The position numbers and the translations under genes were made by a program. The notes under the pieces are model-generated. The model was not told the origin of the DNA, searched no databases, and was given only the letters and a program-made list of their open reading frames with translations. Below, piece after piece: positions 22,377-32,867 of a stretch of DNA of 64,000 nucleotides (position 1 is its first letter; every line of letters begins with the position of its first letter). Source of the DNA: Promethearchaeota archaeon (GTDB lineage: Archaea; Asgardarchaeota; Lokiarchaeia; Sigyniarchaeales; SOKP01); contig JAHPZE010000003.1 of NCBI GenBank assembly GCA_019058365.1, positions 96,001-160,000 of the forward strand. The letters are read 5' to 3'.

Positions 22377-23315
22377 TTAAATTTTTATTTCAAATTTCAA
22401 ATGATTAACTAGTTCCTTATATCGATTTCGGATAGTTGCTTCAGTAACTCCCGCTGCAATTGAGATTTCTTTCTGAGTACGCCTTTCTCCTTCTTGAATC
22501 GCAGCAACGTATAATGCGGCTCCTGCTAAACCTGTTGGAGCTTTTCCTGCTGTGATGCGATATTTGTTTGCAAGTTTTAAAATAGAAGCAGCTCTATTTT
22601 GAGTTTTTCCTGATAAGTTTAATTCGGCGCAAAACCGTGGAATAAAAAATATGGGAGAGGATACTTGTATGTTTAATCTAAGCTCATTTAAAATTAATCT
22701 ATAACATCGAGCAACTTTCTTTTTATCTACTGAAGCAAATTCTATGAAATCATCTAGAGTTTTTGGTATACTATTTAATCTACAAGACAAGTAAATTGAT
22801 GCAATTAACATTGCTTCAATTGATCTCCCTCTAATCAAATTTTTATTTGCCATTTTCCTATAAATATGTGCGGCAGATTCTTTTAAATCTTTAGAAAGGT
22901 TCAATTGAGAAGAAAATCTATCTAATTCATTCATTGCATATGCTAAATTTCTATCAATCGATTTATTAGTACGTGTTCTGACATGCCATTTCCTTAACCG
23001 ATAAACTTCAGCTTTCATTTTAGGACTTAAAGTCTTTCCAAATGCATCTTTATTCTTCCAACCTATCATAGTGCTTAATCCTTTATCGTGAAGTGTAAGT
23101 GTTGCAGGGGCACCTACTCTTACTTTTTTATTTGCCTCTTCTGATGTGAAAGCTCGCCATTCGGGACCTGCATCTATAGTTCTTTGACTTAATACTAAAC
23201 CACACACACCGCAAACTATCTCACCACGAGAATCATCTGAGATTAAATTTTCATTACCACATTCTGGGCATAAATTAAAAGTTTTTTGAGGGAATGAAAG
23301 ATCCAATAACGCCAA
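22377..23315 (-). CDS. tfb: Transcription initiation factor B
   Basis: CPECG Zn ribbon, GPEWRAF, two cyclin repeats, VTEATIRNRYKEL. Confidence 0.96.
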   Translation of the reverse strand: MALLDLSFPQKTFNLCPECGNENLISDDSRGEIVCGVCGLVLSQRTIDAGPEWRAFTSEEANKKVRVGAPATLTLHDKGLSTMIGWKNKDAFGKTLSPKMKAEVYRLRKWHVRTRTNKSIDRNLAYAMNELDRFSSQLNLSKDLKESAAHIYRKMANKNLIRGRSIEAMLIASIYLSCRLNSIPKTLDDFIEFASVDKKKVARCYRLILNELRLNIQVSSPIFFIPRFCAELNLSGKTQNRAASILKLANKYRITAGKAPTGLAGAALYVAAIQEGERRTQKEISIAAGVTEATIRNRYKELVNHLKFEIKI

Positions 23316-23474
23316 CCCTTTAAAAATTCTCTTCTTTAATTTTCATAATTAATCTAGCACATTTAAATGTTTGCGTTTTGAGGATTTATCCATTAATAAG
23401 AAACTTAATTTTTCATTTTTGAATTTTCGATTAGATCGAAAAATTTTAATAAGTTCATTGTTTCACTTAATATA

Positions 23475-23948
23475 ATGCGACATTATTATAAAGCACATGG
23501 AAAGCATTGCTATCTTCGCTCTTTTCAATCAAAATGTCCAAAGTGTAATGCTGATGTTTTATATTGGGAATGTACTCATGGATGTAAAGTCTTTTTTGAA
23601 TATCCCCCTTATGGAAAATTGGTGAGACATTTTTGTCGGTATCATAAGGGTTCACTTAATGTAAAGAAAAAATTTCATGTTATTGTTAAAAAATCAAAAG
23701 GACTGCTAGAAAATCAATCTCCAAGTTGTCCCATATGTGGGAAGTTATTTAGAAATAGTATTAGTTTAGAAAATCATTTGGAAAATTTAAAAAAAAATGA
23801 TATTAATCATAAACTTTTTTTTGAGAATAGAATTTCCTTTGAAAATGAACATAAAGTAAGTATTAAAAAAGATTTGGAGCACATTAAATCTCGTGATCAA
23901 TCGTGTTTTGGTAAAATTAATTTAAAAAAAGAGAAAAAAATTGGTTAA
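23475..23948 (+). CDS. Zinc-finger hypothetical protein
   Basis: CPKC, CxHG, CPICG...H motifs. Confidence 0.6.
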   Translation: MRHYYKAHGKHCYLRSFQSKCPKCNADVLYWECTHGCKVFFEYPPYGKLVRHFCRYHKGSLNVKKKFHVIVKKSKGLLENQSPSCPICGKLFRNSISLENHLENLKKNDINHKLFFENRISFENEHKVSIKKDLEHIKSRDQSCFGKINLKKEKKIG

Positions 23949-24060
23949 AATTATCTATAGATAAATTTTTAATAAATTAGTATATAATTATTTTATAATA
24001 AAACTTAATGATTTTAGACATTATTTTATTTTAAAATTCCCAAAAGAAAGAGGAAAAAAA

Positions 24061-24696
24061 ATGCCAGTAGATCCCGCAACCGCAGTTTACAATTTGATGC
24101 ATTCAGATCCTAATATTATCGCAGCTGTAGTAATTAAAGGAAGAGATGTTATTTATACAACAGATAATTGGGATATTAGCGGAGATGTTGATAGAGTAGT
24201 ATCAAGTTGGACTGGCCAAAATGCTCAATTCATAATAGTTTCTGGAGTAAAATATTCAGTATTGCAAATGGAGACTGAACGTTTAGTTGCTATATCTTTA
24301 AAAGGTGAAGGAAGTATATGTGCAGCAAAAGATGAAGAGCATAAACTTATATGCTATCTTCAACCAGATGGAGATGCCCGTGGAGCTATAATGGATGTTC
24401 AAAGAGCAGTAGGGACTATGCGCACACAAGGACCATATATGGATGTTGGCACTCAAATGGGGGAAACAACGGTTCAGATGAGTGGTATTGCTTCTACGGA
24501 GGTCATAGCTTCAGCAGGGACTGTTTCCAGTGTAGATCTTCAATTGAAAGGTGAAATACAATCGTTTTTAGACTGGATTAAAGATACTGAAGGTTTAGCG
24601 GGTTATATAAATTATTATCTTCAACAAAACAATACTCAAATAATTTCTGAGTTATCAAGAATTTATAATAACCTAAGACAGATTTTTGGTGTTTAA
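24061..24696 (+). CDS. Profilin-like protein with C-terminal extension
   Basis: First ~120 aa resemble Loki profilins (T.NWDI, G.KY.V....ER......G.G, Y..P.G). Confidence 0.72.
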   Translation: MPVDPATAVYNLMHSDPNIIAAVVIKGRDVIYTTDNWDISGDVDRVVSSWTGQNAQFIIVSGVKYSVLQMETERLVAISLKGEGSICAAKDEEHKLICYLQPDGDARGAIMDVQRAVGTMRTQGPYMDVGTQMGETTVQMSGIASTEVIASAGTVSSVDLQLKGEIQSFLDWIKDTEGLAGYINYYLQQNNTQIISELSRIYNNLRQIFGV

Positions 24697-24887
24697 GTAA
24701 AACATTAATCAAGAATAGTTCTTCTAACAATTGTTATTTATCGATATATTCGATACTTAGTTTATACTTAAATTTTTATCCGGATTTTTATAATTACAAA
24801 TAGAAATCATATTTTCAATTTCAAAAGATATAAATTTTTTAATATTATAGGTGATCTTAATAATTAGACAACTCAAAATTTCAACAA

Positions 24888-25391
24888 GTGAGATTTTTGG
24901 CTAAAAAGAAAATAATTAAGGAGAATAAACCGACTATTTTAAAAAAACCAAAGAGTAAGAGTACGCGGGAAGAAATGAAAAAGAAAAAACTCGCTAAAAA
25001 ACCATTAAAAAAAGAAGAAGAATTAAAAACTGAATATTCATCAAACCTTGAGCTTGAATTAGATATCCCAATTGTTCCTGAAGCACCTAAGAAAAAAGAG
25101 AAGTTAACATTAGCTACTTCTAATTTATCTACTGATGTATTAGCAAGAATGAAAAAAATTGAATCGCCTGATATTAAAGTAGTATTAGTAAATTGTGAGA
25201 GATGTAAAGCTGTTATCCCCATTCCTATTCCAAAAAAAACAATATTACAATCAGAATTACCCGTAGTTCCTATAAGTTATGTTCATAAAAATTTGCAGAA
25301 AGAAGATCAACATTGTTTAACAGTCCATCTTGATCATGATTTTGATATTCGAAGACAGAGAATATCTGATGTAGTTATATCTTCAGATTAA
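24888..25391 (+). CDS. Hypothetical protein, Lys-rich N-terminus and C-terminal CxxC/His domain
   Basis: CERC..H..H..HLD.DF.IRR; true start may lie downstream. Confidence 0.6.
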   Translation: MRFLAKKKIIKENKPTILKKPKSKSTREEMKKKKLAKKPLKKEEELKTEYSSNLELELDIPIVPEAPKKKEKLTLATSNLSTDVLARMKKIESPDIKVVLVNCERCKAVIPIPIPKKTILQSELPVVPISYVHKNLQKEDQHCLTVHLDHDFDIRRQRISDVVISSD

Positions 25392-25405
25392 AACTTAATA
25401 AAATC

Positions 25406-25633
25406 TCATAAGATAAAAATAATTAAGAAAGCAATTAAAACAGGAATAACACATAAACAGCATAAAAATCCATACCAACTCTTTTTCCAATCAATATATG
25501 TATTAGGGTTCAAGATTACTTGACAATTAGGACAATATTTTTGTTTTTGATCTACAATTTGTACTCCACAATTATAACAAATATTTATTCCGCTATTGAA
25601 TTTTTTATAGTTTTTACCCTCGATTTTTAACAC
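25406..25633 (-). CDS. Small zinc-ribbon membrane protein
   Basis: CYNCG..CPNC followed by one C-terminal TM helix. Confidence 0.6.
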   Translation of the reverse strand: MLKIEGKNYKKFNSGINICYNCGVQIVDQKQKYCPNCQVILNPNTYIDWKKSWYGFLCCLCVIPVLIAFLIIFIL

Positions 25634-25793
25634 TTTAGACTTTCTTTAGAATTCAATTATTGAGATAATAACATATTATTATTTGCTATTTAAATATAAT
25701 TTTTAAATATAATTAAATAATATAAGCATTGTTGTACTACAGTATCTATTTTTATTGTATAATTAAAATCTAAAAGCACAATTATTTATAAAA

Positions 25794-26159
25794 ATGAAAT
25801 CCATAGCTGAAGACAATATAGAAATTGATGAAATTACAATATACTTAAACCTTTTTAAATTACATAAGAGTTTTCTATTATTAATTTCTGATCAACCAAA
25901 TATGGGGATCGGGAATATAACTTTAGGAAGTCCTCCAGCAATTAAAGGATTAAAATCATTAACAGCTTCTTATAATTTATTTGGTGTGGATAAAAAATTG
26001 ATGAGTACTATTATAGCTGAAAGAGCTGCAAATATACTTAAGGCACCAGTACTTCTTCTTTTATTTTTAAAGAGTAAAAAGAGTGATGATGAAATATTAA
26101 AACCTTTAGTGAATTTTCTAAATAATACTTTAAAAAAAGTACTTGAAAATTTGGAATAA
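25794..26159 (+). CDS. Hypothetical protein, possibly PAC4-like proteasome chaperone
   Basis: Size and beta-rich pattern (LLLISD..G.G.I.L..P) reminiscent of PAC4; weak. Confidence 0.45.
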   Translation: MKSIAEDNIEIDEITIYLNLFKLHKSFLLLISDQPNMGIGNITLGSPPAIKGLKSLTASYNLFGVDKKLMSTIIAERAANILKAPVLLLLFLKSKKSDDEILKPLVNFLNNTLKKVLENLE

Positions 26160-26321
26160 TGCAGGGAGTGGGATTCGAACCCACGAAGAGCTATCTCACC
26201 GGATATCTCATTAGTTATTATGTTAATCAACGGATAATATAATAATCAGATCTTGAGTCCGGTTATTGAGGATTATTTTCCAAAAAAGTCCGGCACCGTT
26301 GACCAACTTGGTTATCCCTGC
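26160..26321 (-). tRNA. tRNA-Leu (CAA) with two introns: 32/33 (26257-26287) and 37/38 (26205-26251)
   Basis: Spliced form folds as class II tRNA (GCAGGGA/TCCCTGC, CCGGA-CTCAAGA-TCCGG); BHB helices CCGG/CCGG and CTCA/TGAG. Confidence 0.9.
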
Positions 26322-26435
26322 TTGAAGAAATATTCATTATTTTATATATTCATTAAATAAAATTATTATTTTAATTTTTATCAAAATTATCAAAATCCAA
26401 AAAAAGTACTAATAAGTGCTAAGTTCACATCAAAT

Positions 26436-26672
26436 TTAAGCAAAAAATCCCGGTATTATCATTATTAACATCATTACAACTAACATCACTATTAAAAAAA
26501 CGCATTGTAATCTTCCTTTTTTCTTCTGTTTTCTTTCTTTGTTAAGATAATTATCCCGACAAGCTTGACTACAAAATTTCTTATCAGTAGGCATTGCTTT
26601 GCCACATATTGGACAATGACTATGGGGTCCCCATTTTTTTTTTATTTGATCTTTCCATGAAGATTGAGACAT
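26436..26672 (-). CDS. DUF2116-family Zn-ribbon membrane protein
   Basis: HSHCPICG..P....FCS..C, basic stretch, C-terminal TM. Confidence 0.8.
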   Translation of the reverse strand: MSQSSWKDQIKKKWGPHSHCPICGKAMPTDKKFCSQACRDNYLNKERKQKKKGRLQCVFLIVMLVVMMLIMIIPGFFA

Positions 26673-26746
26673 TTTTTCACTCGAGCTTAAGAGGGTTAAT
26701 ATAGGATAATAAAAATTAGAAGATTAAAATAATTTATCAAAGATTT

Positions 26747-27472
26747 TCATTCAGTTATAGTGGTACAAGTTATATTTTCGTCACCATTCCAATATTTTTC
26801 AAATTCTTTTAGATCTTTACCAGACATAACTCTAATATGAAGTTTACTTCTTTTTAAAATTTGTAAAGATACTGCATCAAAAATGCGATATTCCCCGGCT
26901 GCTGCTTGCTTATCATCGTGTAGATTTAATATAATTTCTTGTAAATCAGCATAAGTTAAGTGTTTCAACAATTTAGCATCATTAAATTTCTTTGGATCTT
27001 TATCATAAATACCTTCCACATCAGTAAGAACCACTAACTCTTCAGCTGTTATAAATTCAGCTACTTCGAGAGCAACCGAGGTTGTAGATTGCCCAGGTTG
27101 TAATCCTCCCATTATAATAATTTTTCCAAAAAGCAATGCTGTAGAGAGTTCTTCTATTGATTTTGGGACTAAAGGATAAGCGATATCTTGAAACGCAGAT
27201 ATGAGTAATTTAGCATTTATTCGAGACAGATCAATTCCAAATGTGTCACACAATGCTTCATTCCCTTGAAAATATCTTACTATATTTATATATTCTCTTG
27301 CAATTTCTCCACCACCGCAAACAATAACATGATATCCGGAGTATTTCTTTTTTTTTAAGATTCGACAGAAATTTTGAATTTTTTCCTTATTAAGTTCTTT
27401 ATCTTCAGTAAATAATAATGACCCCCCGATTTTTATGACAGTATTTCTATCTTTCATAATATTTTCATTCAA
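26747..27472 (-). CDS. pyrH: Uridylate kinase
   Basis: KIGGS, GGG..AR.YI, GGLQPGQST, TDVEGIYDKDP. Confidence 0.93.
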   Translation of the reverse strand: MNENIMKDRNTVIKIGGSLLFTEDKELNKEKIQNFCRILKKKKYSGYHVIVCGGGEIAREYINIVRYFQGNEALCDTFGIDLSRINAKLLISAFQDIAYPLVPKSIEELSTALLFGKIIIMGGLQPGQSTTSVALEVAEFITAEELVVLTDVEGIYDKDPKKFNDAKLLKHLTYADLQEIILNLHDDKQAAAGEYRIFDAVSLQILKRSKLHIRVMSGKDLKEFEKYWNGDENITCTTITE

Positions 27473-27523
27473 ATTTTCTTTGTATTAATATATAGTTAAT
27501 TTGGTAATTTAAGTTACTTTAGA

Positions 27524-28489
27524 ATGAAATTTAATAAATTTAAAAAAATTATAGTCGAAGTTCCTCACAGAATATCTGGATTTTTTGAAATAGTTGATCA
27601 AATTAACGGTGTAAAAATCAAGGATCCCGTGAGGATTGGATCTCGAGGTGCAGGGTTTTGTGTCAATGCAATAGGTAAAACGGAGATTAAAGCTCAAGTT
27701 ATTGGTAATAATAATGATAATGAGATTGAGATTTATATTAATGACGAAAAAGTAAACCAGAAGGCAGAAACGACATACTTTATTATCGATTATTTAAAAA
27801 ATTATATTAAAAAATCACATAAAATAAGAATTAATCACTCTTTTGAACTACCTGTTGGATGTGGTTACGGAGCTAGTGGTTCTGGGGCACTGGGAACCAT
27901 ATTTGGTTTAGATTATTTGTTTAATTTAAAATTAACATATTTAGAAAAGGGAAAGATAGCACATATTGCCGAGGTTGTAAAAAGAACGGGTTTAGGAACT
28001 GTTTGTGGGCAATTAAATGGAGGAATGGGAATCTTGATAGAACCGGGATTCCCATGTGTCTATGAGAGGATCCAAGTACCACAAAATTTAAAAATTATAT
28101 GTGGATCATTTGGAGTTATTCATACAAAATCAATATTGACAAATCCAATTTTAAATATAAAAATTAAAGAAGCGGGTAATGAAGCCCTGAAGAGATTAAA
28201 AATAGATCCAAATATTAAAACATTTATCGAAACATCCATAGAGTTCGTGAAGCAGACTGAAATTCTTGATATTCTAGATTTATCAAAAATAAAAGAATTA
28301 ATTGAAAATTTGAACAAATTAAACATAATTGGTGCTAGTATGAATCAGTTGGGTCGTTCAGTTTATGCAATATGTAGAAAAGAAGGAGAAAAGGAGGTTT
28401 TAAGTTTATTGGAATCGTATAAACCTGAAATTAACATCTTTATCACATCTATTCATGAAAATTCATCAATTAAGTTGAAGAATAAATAA
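27524..28489 (+). CDS. Pantoate kinase (GHMP family)
   Basis: VP.RISGFF, GSRGAG, LPVGCGYGASG, AHIAEV...TGLG.V, ASM.QLG. Confidence 0.9.
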   Translation: MKFNKFKKIIVEVPHRISGFFEIVDQINGVKIKDPVRIGSRGAGFCVNAIGKTEIKAQVIGNNNDNEIEIYINDEKVNQKAETTYFIIDYLKNYIKKSHKIRINHSFELPVGCGYGASGSGALGTIFGLDYLFNLKLTYLEKGKIAHIAEVVKRTGLGTVCGQLNGGMGILIEPGFPCVYERIQVPQNLKIICGSFGVIHTKSILTNPILNIKIKEAGNEALKRLKIDPNIKTFIETSIEFVKQTEILDILDLSKIKELIENLNKLNIIGASMNQLGRSVYAICRKEGEKEVLSLLESYKPEINIFITSIHENSSIKLKNK

Positions 28490-28576
28490 AATTTTTTTAT
28501 TTACATATTCTTACAGTGAATCGGAAATATTTCAATTAAGATTTTTTAATTATTTTAAAGAATGAAATAAATTTTC

Positions 28577-29311
28577 CTATTTTTTGTATAATTCTGTTTT
28601 TAACTCCTCAATAAGATGTGCTTTAATTACTCCATCATTTCTATCATAACCTTCACACACTACAGTTCTTACTCCGATAATATCTGGTGAAATATCATTT
28701 ATTAAAGGAATATCTTTCTTCCTTAAATTCCCCGCTAATGCAACTTCAAGATCATATTCTTTCGCTTTATCTTTAAATTGAATTAATTGATCAAAATTCA
28801 GAAAATCAAATATTCCTTTTCCATCTTTAATGTAAGTATCAAGCATGGCAATATCAGATCTGGATTCTGATGCGATAGTAGGAATACTCATAAATTCTGG
28901 TGAGGATTCCATTCGTATACGATCTGCATATCCCGCTGCAACAATTTTAATATTTTCATTATATTCTCTTACTGCTTTAACAACCTTTTTCATTAAGTAT
29001 ATAGCATCTTTTTCGTTTTTAGGCCCTTTTAATCCAATTTTTATTATATCTGCGCCAGATACTGCTGCTCCTAAAGCGGCTAATGATGCTGAACCGGGTA
29101 GATTCGGAAAATCTCCAATTGTAGCACTTAATAATTGAAAACTCCGGTTGGGAATTAAAAACTTCATTTCTTTAATAATCCAAGGAAAATTTGCTCCTAA
29201 TGACCCCTCCGCTGGATTTTTACAATCAATATAATCTACTTGACTAGCAATAACAATTTTTGCTTCTTCAATCGTTTTAGGACTAATTAAAAGTTTGATA
29301 TTATGGGGCAT
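28577..29311 (-). CDS. mfnB: (5-formylfuran-3-yl)methyl phosphate synthase (methanofuran biosynthesis)
   Basis: LLISP, D.KNP.EGSLGANFPW, SATIGD, MLDT..KDG, ALAG.L, PDIIGVR. Confidence 0.92.
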   Translation of the reverse strand: MPHNIKLLISPKTIEEAKIVIASQVDYIDCKNPAEGSLGANFPWIIKEMKFLIPNRSFQLLSATIGDFPNLPGSASLAALGAAVSGADIIKIGLKGPKNEKDAIYLMKKVVKAVREYNENIKIVAAGYADRIRMESSPEFMSIPTIASESRSDIAMLDTYIKDGKGIFDFLNFDQLIQFKDKAKEYDLEVALAGNLRKKDIPLINDISPDIIGVRTVVCEGYDRNDGVIKAHLIEELKTELYKK

Positions 29312-29573
29312 TTTGTATCTAATTATAATGTAAAAATATTAAAAAATTTAATTAGGATTGAAATTTAGAAAGTTGGTTCATTTTAAAAAATTGACAAGTT
29401 TACTACTATTGTTCATAGTTATTCTTTATACTGTTTAAGGAGAAAAATATTACTTAAATTTATGATTTATAAAAGGAATAATAAAATCCAAAACATTTAT
29501 TTTTGTATAATTTTATATAAAAATTTATATTAAATCATTTTTATTAAATACAAAAAACAATTTCGAATTTATT

Positions 29574-30101
29574 ATGTCACCTAAAGAAATTACAAAAGTG
29601 GATATAACTAATGAAGTTTTTAAAGAACCAATAGAAGTAATTAATCAATTATCTTCAAACTTAGGGTTAAATTACACTAAAGTTATACAAACTTATGTTA
29701 TGGAAGATCGACGACTAAACTTAACGTTGGAGGATCAAGGTAATAGTTATTTCAAAGGCAAAGTTGTATGGATTGGAAATAAGAAGGATGATACAGAAGG
29801 ATCTATATTTTGTGTCGATACAAGAGAAGAATTGAAACAAATTAGTCCTACTGCAGAGAACACTGAAAGTGTAATATTAGATATTAAAAAAGAATTAATA
29901 AAAGTGTCTACTGCATCAAAAACCAAATGTTCTGTTTGTGGAAAAAATATAGAGATTTTTGATGAGGTTACTGGCTGTCCTATTTGCGAAGCAAAAGCAC
30001 ATCGAGAGCATTTAACAGATTGGGTTAGAATGAAACATACATGTCCAATTTGTAAGAAATCCTTAAACGTTTCGAGTACTGGTGTTATTTTTATCGATTG
30101 A
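29574..30101 (+). CDS. RING-finger-like protein (candidate E3 ligase)
   Basis: C-terminal CSVC-x11-CPIC-x4-H-x2-H-x3-W-x6-CPIC. Confidence 0.7.
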   Translation: MSPKEITKVDITNEVFKEPIEVINQLSSNLGLNYTKVIQTYVMEDRRLNLTLEDQGNSYFKGKVVWIGNKKDDTEGSIFCVDTREELKQISPTAENTESVILDIKKELIKVSTASKTKCSVCGKNIEIFDEVTGCPICEAKAHREHLTDWVRMKHTCPICKKSLNVSSTGVIFID

Positions 30102-30111
30102 TTCCAAAAAA

Positions 30112-30858
30112 CTAATGGAAAGGTCTTAATTTTTCAATATCTATTGTTCCATCATATAAAGCAGTTGCGATTAATATACCCGAGAAGTTTTGTTCTTTAT
30201 AATCTAAAATATCCCTATAATTTTTGATCCCTCCACCAACGAAGATATTTCCAGTAAAATTATGTAATAGATCTAAATAGAGTTGTGGAATTCCTCCAAT
30301 TTTCTGACCAACTCTAAATAAATCTAATAGAATGATATTTTTAATACCTAGAGATTCAATTCTTTTTATGAGGTTAAACGGATTTTGAGTTTTTATATCC
30401 TTTGCACTTGATAAGATCTGTCCATTATACATATCAATACTTATTATTATTTTATTACGATCTAAGATTTGTAAACTTTGATTAATAAGTTTAAAACTTT
30501 TAATAGTTTCTAATCCTAAAATTAGACTTTTAATTTTAAATCTTGAGAAAAGATAAATATCTTCAAGATTAACAATTCCAGGATCCAGTATTATATTCAT
30601 ATCTGAAATATCTAAAATTTGTTTTAAAATTGGATAATTTGGGGTTTTATTTATTATAGAATCTAAATCTGCGATATAAAATTCATTAAAATCATACTTT
30701 TTTTTAAATAGTTGAATAATCTCAACTGGGTTAGATGACTGAAATAAATTTGATTTTAAAGGATTGTATTTAGTTCTTTCCCCCTTTATGGCATGAACTG
30801 CCTTAGAATTTAAAATATCTATAACGGGTATGATTTTAAATCTTGTCATTTGCACCAT
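30112..30858 (-). CDS. HisA/HisF-related TIM-barrel protein (C1/methanopterin-associated type)
   Basis: IIPVIDI, VHA..G.R..Y.P, YIADLDSI, LDL.RVG, VGGGI. Confidence 0.8.
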   Translation of the reverse strand: MVQMTRFKIIPVIDILNSKAVHAIKGERTKYNPLKSNLFQSSNPVEIIQLFKKKYDFNEFYIADLDSIINKTPNYPILKQILDISDMNIILDPGIVNLEDIYLFSRFKIKSLILGLETIKSFKLINQSLQILDRNKIIISIDMYNGQILSSAKDIKTQNPFNLIKRIESLGIKNIILLDLFRVGQKIGGIPQLYLDLLHNFTGNIFVGGGIKNYRDILDYKEQNFSGILIATALYDGTIDIEKLRPFH

Positions 30859-31060
30859 TAAAACTTAATTAATAGAAATCTTAGAGAATATAAGATTATC
30901 AATTATCTCCTTGTAATTACCCCAATAAAATAACTTTGAAAAATTACCTTTATTTAATACTCTTTAATTTTAAAAGAATATCTTTTTTTAATTACAATTA
31001 AATAATTTTTTTTTTAAATAATCTCTACTAGAATATTTTTAATACAAGAGTAATTTTTTT

Positions 31061-32785
31061 GTGATTGAAATGAAAACTGAGATTTATGTAAATAAAATTA
31101 TAGAGAATACGGGTTTAGCAAGAAAGGAGATCCAAAATTTAGTTGAAGATAAGAAAAATGAATTAAAGGGATTGATTTCTGATGAAGGCGCTTTATTTAT
31201 CATAGCTAAAGAGTTGGGAGTCGACATTAAAAATGAAGATAAAGATCTGTTAAAAGAAATTGAAATTTATATTTCTGATATTACTCAAAATATGAAAAAC
31301 ATAACATTATTCGGTAGAATCAAGGATATCTATAATGTTAATAGTTTTAATAAGAATGATGGAAGCAAGGGTTTTGTTGGCTCTTTTCTACTACATGATA
31401 CTACGGGAGATGCTCGAATCGTACTCTGGGATGATCAAGTAAAAGTTTTTAACGAATCTAATTTTGAAAAAAATGAACTTGTTAAAATTGTTAATGGAAA
31501 CGCAAAAAAAGGAAAATTTGGAGATATTGAAATACATGTAGGAAGTTATGGAAAAGTTATTTTATCTCCTGAAGATGTCGACTATAATAAATATCCCAAA
31601 ATAACATTTAAATCTATTAATATAAAAGATATTAATTTAAATCTTAGATCTTTATCCATAGAAGGAAAAATAATTCAAATTTCACCAATAAGAGAATTTA
31701 CTCGAAAGGATGGCGAATTTGGAAGAGTTGGATCGTTAACATTATTAGATACTACGGGATCAATTAAAATTACCTTTTGGAATGAAGACACAGAAAAATT
31801 AAATAAATTAGAAATTAGTGATATTGTATTGGTAACTAATTTAAATCCTCGATTAAGCACACTGGATTCGAAAACAATTGATTTAAATGCAAGTAAAAAT
31901 ACAAAAATTACTAAAAAAAATAAAGATCTCAATATTGAAGGAGAAGTTATTAAAAATATAAAAGCGCTGCAGAATAGTAAAGGAGTTGTTACATTTAAGG
32001 GTATTATCACTTCAGTGGATAATATTAAAACTATATCTTTAAAATCGGGGGAAAATGTTTCTTTATTAGGTTTTATTGTTAGTGATAATACTGATGGAAT
32101 TAGAGTTACTCTATGGCGTGAAAAAGCAGATGAATATTCAAAACTCTTAACTACAGGACAGGGATTATTGTTGGAAAATGTTTTAGTAAAATATAGCAAC
32201 TTTTCGAATAGAAATGAAATCTCTTTAATTAATGAATCAAAATTAGAGCTAAAAGATCTCGAAATAAAAAATCTTAAAAGCCTTAATTTAGAAAAAAAAG
32301 AGAAAGGAGCTAATTTTTCTGGTGATTACGCAAAGATAGACACCATTGAAGCTCCTGGTACGATCGAATTAAAAGGATTTATTGCCAAAGATCTTAATAA
32401 TATTACGGTTTATGAAGCATGTAAAAATTGTTTTAAGAAAGTTGAAAATTGTACTTGTGGCAAAGGAGATGAGACTGAATTCCGGATGATCATTAATCTT
32501 ATTATAGATGATGGAACAGGAACAATAAGAACTACTTTTATAGGAGATCAAGCAGAAAAGTTAATGGGTGTAGAGACTACTAAAATTCTACAACTAAAAG
32601 AAACACCCGAATTTGAGAAATTTCTAGAAAAAAAGTCATCGGAGTTTCTAGGAAAAGATATTATTGTAAAAGGTAGAGCTAAATTTAGTGATTATTCTAA
32701 TCAATACGAGATATCAGTTTATGATTTTAAAGATATTAATATTGATGAAGAATTAGAGAGAGTTATGAAACAGATTGAAACTTGA
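31061..32785 (+). CDS. rpa: Replication protein A, large multi-OB-fold subunit with Zn finger
   Basis: Repeated D.TG....LW OB folds, C..C.KK Zn finger, DDGTG. Confidence 0.9.
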   Translation: MIEMKTEIYVNKIIENTGLARKEIQNLVEDKKNELKGLISDEGALFIIAKELGVDIKNEDKDLLKEIEIYISDITQNMKNITLFGRIKDIYNVNSFNKNDGSKGFVGSFLLHDTTGDARIVLWDDQVKVFNESNFEKNELVKIVNGNAKKGKFGDIEIHVGSYGKVILSPEDVDYNKYPKITFKSINIKDINLNLRSLSIEGKIIQISPIREFTRKDGEFGRVGSLTLLDTTGSIKITFWNEDTEKLNKLEISDIVLVTNLNPRLSTLDSKTIDLNASKNTKITKKNKDLNIEGEVIKNIKALQNSKGVVTFKGIITSVDNIKTISLKSGENVSLLGFIVSDNTDGIRVTLWREKADEYSKLLTTGQGLLLENVLVKYSNFSNRNEISLINESKLELKDLEIKNLKSLNLEKKEKGANFSGDYAKIDTIEAPGTIELKGFIAKDLNNITVYEACKNCFKKVENCTCGKGDETEFRMIINLIIDDGTGTIRTTFIGDQAEKLMGVETTKILQLKETPEFEKFLEKKSSEFLGKDIIVKGRAKFSDYSNQYEISVYDFKDINIDEELERVMKQIET

Positions 32786-32867
32786 GTTTTATACTTTTTA
32801 ATATCCCTCTTATTTATTTGACTATTGTTTAAATTTCTTATGTAATTTAATAACTGAGAATATTAAA

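Noticed and set aside
25970-26230. 86-aa minus-strand ORF
   Set aside because: Overlaps tRNA-Leu and is antisense to 25794-26159
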